A DNA stretch of 56,581 nucleotides from a virus (taxonomy: Duplodnaviria > Caudoviricetes): positions 1 through 56,581 of IMG/VR virus record IMGVR_UViG_3300031576_000050; one strand, 5' to 3'. The notes beneath the pieces are model-generated. The model was given only the letters and a program-made list of their open reading frames with translations, made no database searches and had not been told where the DNA came from. The position numbers and the translations under genes were made by a program. This document shows, piece by piece, positions 45,488 through 53,690 of this stretch; within the stretch, counting starts at the first letter, position 1, and each line of letters begins with the position of its first letter.

Positions 45488-46140
45488 TATTGGCCCCTTC
45501 CTGTGACTCCACTTCCACTTCGTGGTGGCCGCCTAGGGCGAGGCGCAGGCGCAGTTTCGGCAGCCTGTTCTGGCTCTGGGAAGTCTGTGTCTCCTGACTC
45601 GAACATCTCCCGCAGCATCTCTTGCCAGTGCGGAGTAGAGACCACAACCTCAGTGCCACCACGTACCCCTACCCGATCCAGAATGGAATTGAGAGCCCTG
45701 ATCCTGTCTCCATCTGCCATCTTCTTCTTGAAGGCCATGTTGTGAAGATACAAGGCGGCCATATGTGCCATCTCATCCAGGATGCGCTGGGCAGCAATCT
45801 TCCCGCTACCAACCCCTGGGCCATGAGTTGCACATACTGTCAGCCCCTCGGTGCGCCAACGGAGACACTGCCTAGTCAGGAAGCGACCCTTGGCATCAAT
45901 GATCTTGCACCCCTGGTCATCCCGCACAAAGGCCCTGCCACTACATCGGTTAGCTGCATCAGGGATCAGGTAAGGAGATCCCTTGTCGCGAGTCTTCCCT
46001 GTCCACTGAAGTCTAACACCAATAGGGACATCAAGGTCATCCTCAATAACCTTGATCCGCCCGGCAGCATGCTCAGCGTCGAGCCACTCCTGGTCACTGT
46101 CTATGTTCCTGCCAGGCTCCTGTGGTGAACGAGCTGCCAT
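45487..46140 (-). CDS. terminase small subunit (putative)
   Basis: Directly upstream of TerL; C..C..CATHG and ILDRVG; GGAGG SD. Confidence 0.7.
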   Translation of the reverse strand: MAARSPQEPGRNIDSDQEWLDAEHAAGRIKVIEDDLDVPIGVRLQWTGKTRDKGSPYLIPDAANRCSGRAFVRDDQGCKIIDAKGRFLTRQCLRWRTEGLTVCATHGPGVGSGKIAAQRILDEMAHMAALYLHNMAFKKKMADGDRIRALNSILDRVGVRGGTEVVVSTPHWQEMLREMFESGDTDFPEPEQAAETAPAPRPRRPPRSGSGVTGRGQ

Positions 46141-46178
46141 GACACCTCCCTGTGGCATATGTTACCCTATACAAGCAA

Positions 46179-46210
46179 CACCCCCTGAGCACTCGCTTTC
46201 TCAGGGGGTG
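46179..46210 (-). terminator. 11-bp hairpin before the packaging genes
   Basis: CACCCCCTGAG...CTCAGGGGGTG. Confidence 0.55.
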
Positions 46211-46229
46211 TGCCGCTCGGGCAGGCCAA

Positions 46230-46505
46230 TCAGCGCTCAGAAGCGTACGCCTGCACAGACCCCGTCTCAGGCAGGCGCCACGCGGCGCGCGAAGGTGCGC
46301 CTGGGTCACGAGCTTCATCCTCAGTGTTGTAGAGATACACAGAGGTTTCAGCCGCTGGGCTACTGGCGTCGTGCAACACCATCAGGTTCACGACGGCAGG
46401 CGATCCATCCTGCCACACCCGCGTAACGACTGCCGGCGCACAGGTTGAGTGCCCATTGGCGATGCTCTTGGCCAGGACCATCATCCCGACATAAGGCTTG
46501 TTCAT
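46230..46505 (-). CDS. hypothetical protein
   Basis: KPYVG..PAVVTRVW..VNLMV; purine-rich SD. Confidence 0.65.
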   Translation of the reverse strand: MNKPYVGMMVLAKSIANGHSTCAPAVVTRVWQDGSPAVVNLMVLHDASSPAAETSVYLYNTEDEARDPGAPSRAAWRLPETGSVQAYASER

Positions 46506-46533
46506 GTTCCCTCTCTCGATTGCTAGTCGCAGC

Positions 46534-46911
46534 TCATAGGATAGCGGCCCATAGACAGTCTTGCCAGTCTTGGTATCCCACCATCCTTTCAGGCCGCATA
46601 TCCACCTCATGACCTATCGGAGGATACCCTGGCCTGCCCTGCTGCAGGTGACTCCAGCGATGCCCTCCAATGACAGGGCTAATCGTGATCAACTCAAGGC
46701 ACTCTTCACAACGCGTAGGTGGACTGTAGTCATCAGGCGGAATGTGATAGGCCATCTGAAGTCCCTTAGTAATCAAGCGTAGGCAGTTGCCACATGTCAC
46801 TCCAGCCTCGCTTCGCACTGAGCCAAGCTGCTGACTGGACCATCGCTTGCCCACGCCACACATGTATGCTCCGCTTTCAAGGCGCATGTGCACCTTTGTT
46901 GGCGTAGGCAT
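46534..46911 (-). CDS. Cys-rich hypothetical protein (possibly two fused ORFs)
   Basis: VTCGNC and CEEC; internal AAGGG-ATG. Confidence 0.5.
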   Translation of the reverse strand: MPTPTKVHMRLESGAYMCGVGKRWSSQQLGSVRSEAGVTCGNCLRLITKGLQMAYHIPPDDYSPPTRCEECLELITISPVIGGHRWSHLQQGRPGYPPIGHEVDMRPERMVGYQDWQDCLWAAIL

Positions 46912-46933
46912 ATAGCTTCCCTTCTGCATCCAG

Positions 46934-47057
46934 GCAGGTCCAGAGGATGGTCATGGCATAGCATCAACTATTTTGTCTCTTACATAGGGACACTATCTGC
47001 CTCGCCTTGTAAGCCAACGACAGCCGTATGTAGCTCGCTCGCATCCTCTGGACCTGC
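46934..47057. repeat. 16-bp perfect inverted repeat enclosing 92 nt (candidate structured RNA)
   Basis: GCAGGTCCAGAGGATG at 46934-46949, reverse complement at 47042-47057. Confidence 0.85.
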
Positions 47058-47060
47058 TAG

Positions 47061-47091
47061 GCTCTACCCTACTACAAGCGCAGGGTAGAGC
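47061..47091 (-). terminator. hairpin overlapping the GH99-phosphatase stop
   Basis: GCTCTACCCT...AGGGTAGAGC. Confidence 0.55.
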
Positions 47092-49099
47092 TGCCACTGT
47101 CGGAGAATGCCGGGCCTGGCCCGCCCACCTCGCTCACTGGCTTGAATGACCAGCTATAGCCATCCGGCCTGAGCTCAAGCCACAGCACGCCCATAGAGGT
47201 GCACTGTTGCGCGGCTGAACCAGGCAGGAACGGTGCTGAGCCACAGGTAAATCCCTTGCCGCCTGTACCCACGACGAACTCGCGGACACCATTAGCAACT
47301 GGCAGGCCATTGGCGCCAAGAGGGTCAAACCTCTCGTACCAGTGGTCATGGCCATTCAGCACCAGCTGGACATCTGGGTCCGCGACAGCTGCGAGCCAGA
47401 GTGCGTTGGATCCAGTGATGTTGCCATGGCTGCCGCTGGACCAGCGCGGGTGATGGAAGTACATGATCGTTGGCCGGCCATTATTGGCTGCTAGGTCAGA
47501 AGCCAACCAGGCCATCATTGGGTTACTAGCGCCACATCCGCCTACCTGCGAGCAGTCGCTGTCCAGGCTGATGAAGTGCCAGGCTCCCATATCCCATGAG
47601 TAGTACATCTGGTTGGGGCTAGGTGTGTCGCTCCCAATCTGGGCCAGGCGCGGCCCAAAGTAGTCGCGGTAGCCCTGTGCGTTCGCAGTCAACCATTCGT
47701 GGTTCCCTGGGGCTGGGTATATATTGGCCATATGCTTGCCCCAGGCATCACAGTCGGTTGGAGCTGCACACGTCTGCCGGCCCCAGCCAGCATTGTACTC
47801 AGCGAGCGTGTTGCTCTCGTACTGGTTGTCGCCCGTAGTCAGCACCGCATTCGGGCCATACTGGAACAACAGTTCAGCCGTCCAGCCATCCTGACATCCG
47901 GATGTGTATCCATTACACGTTGGTGTCTCGACAATATCACCAGCAACCATCACTGTAACAGCCCCTGCCGGCGTTGTGGGCGTCGGAGTGGGACTGGAGC
48001 AGGCTGCAGCAGCCTGCGCTTGCACATAGGCTGCCAGTGCGATCTCGTCAGCCTCATCAAATGTCACACCCAGCGGCGCTGGGCATGTCTCGGATGGTGT
48101 AGGGCTTGGCGTCGCAGTAGCAGTCGGTTGTGGGGTTGAATTCCCATATGCATCATGCAGCGCGTCCTGATAGGTACCATACCCACTAGCGCTTCCCCAG
48201 CTTGGACTGCTCTCGATAGCAGAACCCTCGCCCCATTCATTGAAGTAGGTCAGCTTCCATTGTGCAGCTGCAGCCTTCTGGCTGGCGACGTTAGCGACCC
48301 ACTGAACCGGGTCACGCGTCAGCCTTGGGGCAGCCTCGTTGTGGTGCCAGAACCCAGCTGAGATGCCATATGAGTATGGCAGGTGAGAGCTAGTTCGTAC
48401 AGCCGGCCCATACTGGTGCCAACTTGAAGGCTGGTCAGCGCAACTCTTGTAGTTACTGAACACCTTCATGTTGACATACCAGTCAGTAAATCCATTCGTG
48501 GCAGTCTTCCACTTCGTCACCTCTGCACAGCTACTACTGCCTGCATTGTAGACAAAGATGACTGGCTTCCCGCCGAGCAAGACAGCAGAGTTAGGATATG
48601 CATTCACATATCCATTCAGATAGGCCAGATCAGACTGGATCTTAGCCACCGTCGGGTCTGGGCTCTGTGCCTCTGGCTCATAGTACGGCATAACGCCAAA
48701 GCCCGCCACGGCGGCGCGCTGGTAGAGGAGTGGGAAGCGCGTCTGCTCGCTCTGTGCACCCTGCCCCCACCAGCTAGCGATCATCGCCTCAGTGCCAGAG
48801 TGCTGCATGGCGTCAATGTGCTTGTCGATAACAGCAGAGTTGTCACTGGAGTACTGCCCGAGCGACGGCAGGTAGTGGTCATTCGCGTGCCACGTCTGCG
48901 GAAACCATGGGTAGTAGAACGCAGCGCGCATTGGCGTTGTGAATGATGCCACGGCATGCACAGGCGTACTGGACACGGCACCTAACAGCAGGGCTATAGC
49001 CAGCACAGTAGCAGCAGCCACTGCCCCCTTGACAACGCGGCTGGCGTTCACTGCTCTCAGCCAAAGTCGCCTCTTGCTATGCCTCGAATGACAGATCAT
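47072..49099 (-). CDS. secreted GH99-like glycoside hydrolase fused to purple-acid-phosphatase-type metallophosphoesterase
   Basis: Signal peptide ending PVHA; AFYYPWF, LGQYSSD, SWWG, FNEWGEGSAIE; Pro/Thr linker; GDI, GDNQY, GNHE, HHP, GHDH. Confidence 0.85.
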   Translation of the reverse strand: MICHSRHSKRRLWLRAVNASRVVKGAVAAATVLAIALLLGAVSSTPVHAVASFTTPMRAAFYYPWFPQTWHANDHYLPSLGQYSSDNSAVIDKHIDAMQHSGTEAMIASWWGQGAQSEQTRFPLLYQRAAVAGFGVMPYYEPEAQSPDPTVAKIQSDLAYLNGYVNAYPNSAVLLGGKPVIFVYNAGSSSCAEVTKWKTATNGFTDWYVNMKVFSNYKSCADQPSSWHQYGPAVRTSSHLPYSYGISAGFWHHNEAAPRLTRDPVQWVANVASQKAAAAQWKLTYFNEWGEGSAIESSPSWGSASGYGTYQDALHDAYGNSTPQPTATATPSPTPSETCPAPLGVTFDEADEIALAAYVQAQAAAACSSPTPTPTTPAGAVTVMVAGDIVETPTCNGYTSGCQDGWTAELLFQYGPNAVLTTGDNQYESNTLAEYNAGWGRQTCAAPTDCDAWGKHMANIYPAPGNHEWLTANAQGYRDYFGPRLAQIGSDTPSPNQMYYSWDMGAWHFISLDSDCSQVGGCGASNPMMAWLASDLAANNGRPTIMYFHHPRWSSGSHGNITGSNALWLAAVADPDVQLVLNGHDHWYERFDPLGANGLPVANGVREFVVGTGGKGFTCGSAPFLPGSAAQQCTSMGVLWLELRPDGYSWSFKPVSEVGGPGPAFSDSGSSTLRL

Positions 49100-49333
49100 G
49101 TTCCGCCATCCTTTCAGGATCTGGTGCGCTAAAACCCGGCCATCCAGCCCGACAATCCTTAGTGGTTGGGTAGGCTCACGCAGGATGCGTGCCCATTGTG
49201 CCTGTGCTCTTATGAACGGCTCAGCTTCCTCCCAGGCCAGATCAGTTGCACGGCCCCAACCAACCCTATAGCTGATACGGATACCAACAAGGCTGGCCAG
49301 AAGGAACAATGCACCCACTATCGCAGTTGCCAT
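49100..49333 (-). CDS. small membrane protein (in frame with the GH99 gene in this assembly)
   Basis: ATG 2 nt after the M23 stop; hydrophobic N-terminus; no in-frame stop. Confidence 0.4.
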
Positions 49334-49335
49334 TG

Positions 49336-50070
49336 CTAGCACCCCAATCGAGCGCTGTGTGCCAACATCCATGCACCAGGATTGATGGAGGCAGGCCATA
49401 TGCCGCTCCCCCTGCGCACCTCAAAGTGCAGATGTGATCCTGGATGTGGCTGGCTGTAGTTGCTGCTCACTATGTGTCCAGTGTTCCCGACACGCCCGAT
49501 AATCTCGCCAGCTGTTATGTGCTGGCCTGGGCGGACATACTCCACTGACATGTGCCCGTAGTGAGTCTTGATGCCCCCAGAGTGTGCAATCATCACTGAG
49601 ATGCCATACCCTCTGTGGATCCATCCGGCGCCGATCACTGTGCCACTAGCAGCAGCCCGGATAGGCATGCCCCATGGGCGTAGCAGGTCATACCCAGCGT
49701 GGAAACTTCCCCATCTCGGTCCATAGCCAGAGGTGACACAGGCATTCCCAATCGGGCGTACCCATCCAATGGCTGAAGGCGATGCTGGCGCTGGGGTCCG
49801 GCTGGCACCTAGAGGCACCCAATAGCTCCGCCCAGCATGGATGAGGCTTTGTGAGTTGATGGAGGGGTTGGCCGCCCGAATCCTTGCGACATCACAGCGG
49901 CCATAATAGTGTGCTGAGATACCACACACCGTATGTGACCATCCTGACGTTGTCGCGGTAACCCAGGTGCCGTTACCACTCTCTGTACTTGCATGCGCAG
50001 GCGTTCCCATTACGCCTAGCGCCAGTAGGGCAGCAGCAACTACTGCTACACGCCCCAATCCTCGTAACAT
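49336..50070 (-). CDS. secreted LysM-M23 metallopeptidase
   Basis: Signal peptide ending PAHA; LysM (IRAANPSI...LIHAGRSYWVP); HAGYD and HLH zinc motifs. Confidence 0.9.
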   Translation of the reverse strand: MLRGLGRVAVVAAALLALGVMGTPAHASTESGNGTWVTATTSGWSHTVCGISAHYYGRCDVARIRAANPSINSQSLIHAGRSYWVPLGASRTPAPASPSAIGWVRPIGNACVTSGYGPRWGSFHAGYDLLRPWGMPIRAAASGTVIGAGWIHRGYGISVMIAHSGGIKTHYGHMSVEYVRPGQHITAGEIIGRVGNTGHIVSSNYSQPHPGSHLHFEVRRGSGIWPASINPGAWMLAHSARLGC

Positions 50071-50165
50071 GGGACTCCAGTTGTCCGGCCCGGGGCACTC
50101 AGCCTAGCGAGACACAGCTGCCTTAACAGCTTCGCTACTTTCCAGGCACCTTCACTGACACATCG

Positions 50166-50194
50166 ACCCTACTACGCGCCTAACCTTGCGTCTA
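50166..50194 (-). promoter_or_regulatory. predicted promoter TAGACG-N17-TAGGGT
   Basis: Promoter family member, upstream of the M23 gene leader. Confidence 0.65.
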
Positions 50195-50291
50195 CTGGCC
50201 TAGAGAGGCGCAGGAACGGCCGGTCAGCGCCCAGCTAAGGCGCTGCCGACCTATGCCTGGTAATCGAGGGTGCCTGATCCGGTCGGCAATC

Positions 50292-50528
50292 CTAGTCAGG
50301 GAACCCAATCTGATTTTCATGCGCCGCGCGCCAGTCCTCGAAGTCAGTCAGGAGCTGCTGGATCGCATCTGTGTGCGCGACAGTGCAGCCAATCAGCATG
50401 CACATCTCTCGGTACATAGTGACTGCTGCGAGCGCCACGGAGTCCTTGGCCCTAAGTACGAACACAGGTTCATCATCAGGAATGCCAGCGATGCCTAGCC
50501 GGCCATACTTCACACTCTTTGCCATCAT
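50292..50528 (-). CDS. hypothetical protein
   Basis: DEPVFVLRAKD motif; AAAGGGG SD. Confidence 0.65.
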   Translation of the reverse strand: MMAKSVKYGRLGIAGIPDDEPVFVLRAKDSVALAAVTMYREMCMLIGCTVAHTDAIQQLLTDFEDWRAAHENQIGFPD

Positions 50529-50535
50529 GCCCCTT

Positions 50536-50634
50536 TCATGGGCCAACACTGCCAGCGGACATCCCGCCAATAATCGCTACTGCCAATACAGAGACCAGCA
50601 AGATGAGCAGAAGCAGCAGGCGTGCATCTCTCAT
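50536..50634 (-). CDS. 32-aa membrane peptide
   Basis: Translated by hand (MRDARLLLLLILLVSVLAVAIIGG...); ATGA overlap. Confidence 0.5.
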   Translation of the reverse strand: MRDARLLLLLILLVSVLAVAIIGGMSAGSVGP

Positions 50635-50828
50635 GACTCGGCAAGCATCCTGTCCTGTACTAGCTTAAGCACAACCTGGATCGACCTGGTATCATCGTAC
50701 TGCCCGGCAGCAGTAATGTGCTCCTCAAGCAGCTCCTGCAACCACAGGAGCGTCTCTAGCTTCGCAGCCCGGTAACCCTGCTGCCAAGAAGCATCGTGTG
50801 CGGAGCCATTCGGGTCATTGCCGCTCAT
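50631..50828 (-). CDS. hypothetical protein
   Basis: Tiles with neighbouring ORFs. Confidence 0.55.
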   Translation of the reverse strand: MSGNDPNGSAHDASWQQGYRAAKLETLLWLQELLEEHITAAGQYDDTRSIQVVLKLVQDRMLAES

Positions 50829-51021
50829 TGTTCTCACTGCGCCGTGTATGAGAGTCGCCACTCTGCTGGGCGATCCTTGCTGATAAGTGCCAGCGCGACT
50901 GGTACCGGCCACAAGAGCACTTGGCCATATGGTATGAGCCAGAGCCATCAGGAACGACCGTAATGCTGTTGCTAGAGTGGCCTCTCTTACCGCGAATGAT
51001 TGTGATCACATGCTCCGCCAT
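50815..51021 (-). CDS. small zinc-binding protein
   Basis: AKCSCG...H. Confidence 0.55.
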   Translation of the reverse strand: MAEHVITIIRGKRGHSSNSITVVPDGSGSYHMAKCSCGRYQSRWHLSARIAQQSGDSHTRRSENNERQ

Positions 51022-51470
51022 GAGCCATCCATCCTCTCCCAAGATGCCTGTACGCCCAGCACCCGATATACAGCTTCCCAATGCTCGACACAGGCCTTAA
51101 GCATCAGCACATGGTCACCATTGCGCACCCAGACTGGGCCACGCTGGTCAATCTCGCTGCCATCACATCCTTCAATCAGGCATATGTCAGGGAGAGAGTT
51201 CCAATGCTGCAGCTTCCAGCTGTCAGGCTTGCCATCGCGCACATGCCTAGCGACGCGGTCAGCAGTGTAGGCTTCAAGTTCTATGTCATGGCTGTGCGGT
51301 CTCCTCCCTAGAATGGTCTCCCGAATGGTCTCCCAAGCTAAACGCTTACGAGCAGTATGTGGAGTCCTCAAGAGACGCTTTGGTTCATTGAGCGAAGTGC
51401 AGGCCTGATACTTGCCAGCATTACAGATCGGACATGAATATGCTCTCCACACAGCAACGCGCGCTGTCAT
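51006..51470 (-). CDS. zinc-finger protein
   Basis: CPIC.A....C...PHTAR and C....C...CxxH; GGAGG SD. Confidence 0.65.
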   Translation of the reverse strand: MTARVAVWRAYSCPICNAGKYQACTSLNEPKRLLRTPHTARKRLAWETIRETILGRRPHSHDIELEAYTADRVARHVRDGKPDSWKLQHWNSLPDICLIEGCDGSEIDQRGPVWVRNGDHVLMLKACVEHWEAVYRVLGVQASWERMDGSWRSM

Positions 51471-51748
51471 TAGCGCCCCACCTCCAATGCCACCATCAGC
51501 GCGTTGTGAAGTGCCTTAGCTCGCCTAGACGCAGCTTCTGGCCCATCGACCCCCACTGTCTCAGACTCACCATTGATCACATAGGCATAGCTTAGCGCAT
51601 CTAGCGACCAGCCGCCTGTGCCCATGCGCCAGATGACAAGGCTCATGCGAGGCCAAAGAGGGTGTGGGTCTACCCGCCCAACGTAGCACGCCTTGCTGGT
51701 GCCTATCGTCACCACATCCCCTGGGGCGAGATCTATCAATCGTATCAT
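51470..51748 (-). CDS. hypothetical protein
   Basis: ATGA overlap; tiles with neighbours. Confidence 0.6.
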   Translation of the reverse strand: MIRLIDLAPGDVVTIGTSKACYVGRVDPHPLWPRMSLVIWRMGTGGWSLDALSYAYVINGESETVGVDGPEAASRRAKALHNALMVALEVGR

Positions 51749-51927
51749 GGATGTGTCCCATCATACTCAGCAGGACGTGTTAACTCTGTAACTGGCTTCT
51801 CATGCGGCCCAACAAGGGTAGACGCAAGAGCTAGCCCCAGAACCACCACGACCCACACCATGATCCGCCTCACAGCAGCCACCTTTATCCCAAGAGTCTG
51901 GCCTGGGCCGCGTTGCTTCGGTACCAT
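51745..51927 (-). CDS. small membrane protein
   Basis: Single hydrophobic segment. Confidence 0.55.
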   Translation of the reverse strand: MVPKQRGPGQTLGIKVAAVRRIMVWVVVVLGLALASTLVGPHEKPVTELTRPAEYDGTHP

Positions 51928-51930
51928 TGG

Positions 51931-52083
51931 TCACCCGTCATTCTCAGTCTGGTGACTGAACCATGGTTCTGGGCTAGGGCTGTCGGCAGGGATTGGGTCA
52001 GGCGCCCAAACCCCAGTCACAAAGGCTATGGCTGCTGCAGCTATGCTCACGAACAGCAGGGCCAGGCTAACGGCGCGCCTCAT
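51931..52083 (-). CDS. 50-aa membrane or secreted peptide
   Basis: Translated by hand (MRRAVSLALLFVSIAAAAIAF...). Confidence 0.5.
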   Translation of the reverse strand: MRRAVSLALLFVSIAAAAIAFVTGVWAPDPIPADSPSPEPWFSHQTENDG

Positions 52084-52084
52084 G

Positions 52085-52267
52085 TCAGAACTCAATCGTC
52101 AGAGCAATGACTGGCGGTGGCGGGTCAGGCAGAGCGGCCTTGAGGAAGTAGCCAGACCGCATAAACTGCGGCATGGCCGTCTCATCCTCGGGCACATAGA
52201 CATGTGTACCCTTGGTACTCTTCTGGTGCAGCATGCGCTGCACCAACTTACTGGGCCTTGCTACCAT
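52085..52267 (-). CDS. hypothetical protein
   Basis: AAGGAGGAG SD. Confidence 0.6.
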   Translation of the reverse strand: MVARPSKLVQRMLHQKSTKGTHVYVPEDETAMPQFMRSGYFLKAALPDPPPPVIALTIEF

Positions 52268-52671
52268 ATCTCCTCCTTGTAGTGTCCCTCCCAAGAGTGT
52301 CGCTTACCTGCAAGGTTGCCGCTAGCAGCCCAAGCGAGATCGCTTTGCAGGGATATCGGGAACAACATCCTGTACACAGCTGACGGGGTGCCTGGATCTC
52401 CAGGGTGGAATGCAGTGGCAGCTTCGGTAGTAAGCTGTACAGTAAGTATCTCTGTATAGTCAGCCCCAATCCATGCAACCATTGGGTCCTCAGGCTGATC
52501 AATCCTTTCTCCCCGCAGTTCCTTCACTGCCTCCAGAAAGATGCGCCCATCCCTTGCCTTGATGCCAATAATCGGGACATCAACGATGTCCAAGTGCACT
52601 GTTGCCTCTTTGCCAAGATAGCATGTGTAGTCAGCCTGTAGGCGTAGCCAGCCTAGCGTAGGTGAGTTCAT
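52261..52671 (-). CDS. hypothetical protein
   Basis: ATGA overlap. Confidence 0.6.
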   Translation of the reverse strand: MNSPTLGWLRLQADYTCYLGKEATVHLDIVDVPIIGIKARDGRIFLEAVKELRGERIDQPEDPMVAWIGADYTEILTVQLTTEAATAFHPGDPGTPSAVYRMLFPISLQSDLAWAASGNLAGKRHSWEGHYKEEIW

Positions 52672-52877
52672 GGGCGCTCAAGCTGCACAGTGGCCAGGTC
52701 CTGGCCAGACTTTGCGGGGTCAAGGGCGTAGATCTCCCTCAGCTCCTGTCCTATCTCAGTCAGCACTGCAGTGCCGCTCGCGTTACCAACTAACCGACCT
52801 ACCCGCATCTGTGGGTCGATCAGCCCTGCCCCACCACTGAACTCGCCATGGCCCGTGGTGTCTCTCTCTGTAGCCAT
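52668..52877 (-). CDS. hypothetical protein
   Basis: AAGGGG SD. Confidence 0.55.
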   Translation of the reverse strand: MATERDTTGHGEFSGGAGLIDPQMRVGRLVGNASGTAVLTEIGQELREIYALDPAKSGQDLATVQLERP

Positions 52878-52878
52878 C

Positions 52879-53004
52879 TTATTCCCCTTCCTGTGATGAT
52901 GCGTCTATCTTATTCCCGTGGCCACAGTCACACCATGTCCCGCCACGGCAACGGTCATGCTGCCCCGTCTTACAATCTTCACAAATGAATCGCAGACAAT
53001 CCAT
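52879..53004 (-). CDS. 41-aa Cys/His-rich peptide
   Basis: Translated by hand: ICEDCKTGQHDRCRGGTWCDCGH. Confidence 0.55.
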   Translation of the reverse strand: MDCLRFICEDCKTGQHDRCRGGTWCDCGHGNKIDASSQEGE

Positions 53005-53283
53005 CTCTCTCCCAACTGATCGTCACCTGGAAATAATTATTGTCGCTATGGAAGCTGCTCATAGCTGCACAGTGCAGATTCTAGTATGCATCGTGCTTGC
53101 CTCCCCGCGACTGCACAGTCATGCCTCTCGCTAGTCTCCTCACAAGCCTCATCTTGACACAAGTATCGCCCATGGCACCCGATGCCGCTGGCAGCAGGTA
53201 GCCTATGTGTAGTATGGTCCATGTTCAGTGCCTCTCATGATATCGACCAATAGCGGTAGAATAAAGGATCTTCTTCATCGAGC

Positions 53284-53670
53284 GGCCCCAGTAGCCCCAG
53301 TTGCAGCCGACCTAACGGCTGCATGCGCGCGATCCCGCGCGCGAGAAACTGTAGGGGACTCTGTAGATCGACTTGTGCACAATACGTACCTATACCCTCT
53401 CTCCTCTCTATAACTGGGGCTACTGGGTACCGGAAAGATCCTTGCCTTGTCTCCCAACAGATTGACATGGCCCCAGTTGCCCCTTAAACTAGGCCCCAAC
53501 TGCGTCCGACTGGGGCCTAAGAAGCACCTAAATCGGACTCTCTCCATCATTGTGGTCGCTAAAACCCTGTGTCTCGTTGCATCGATATATCGCCCCATCC
53601 CTTTAATAAGGGACTCTCCCGAGATAGGGCACATACCAACCGATAAGTCCCGACTCCCCGGACCCAGTTA
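53284..53670. other. putative replication origin (CCCCAGT repeats and inverted repeats)
   Basis: Largest non-coding gap, just downstream of the primase-helicase; 16-bp IR at 53287-53302 and 53412-53427. Confidence 0.5.
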
Positions 53671-53690
53671 GTCGATCTTCCGGCCCTAGC

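Noticed and set aside
46934-47057. Retron or diversity-generating retroelement
   Set aside because: No reverse transcriptase ORF and no template/variable repeat pair seen; only the inverted repeat is retained as a finding.
50978-50987. Additional GAGAGGCCA match
   Set aside because: It lies inside a coding region (KRGH), lacks the final G and is not adjacent to a credible start.
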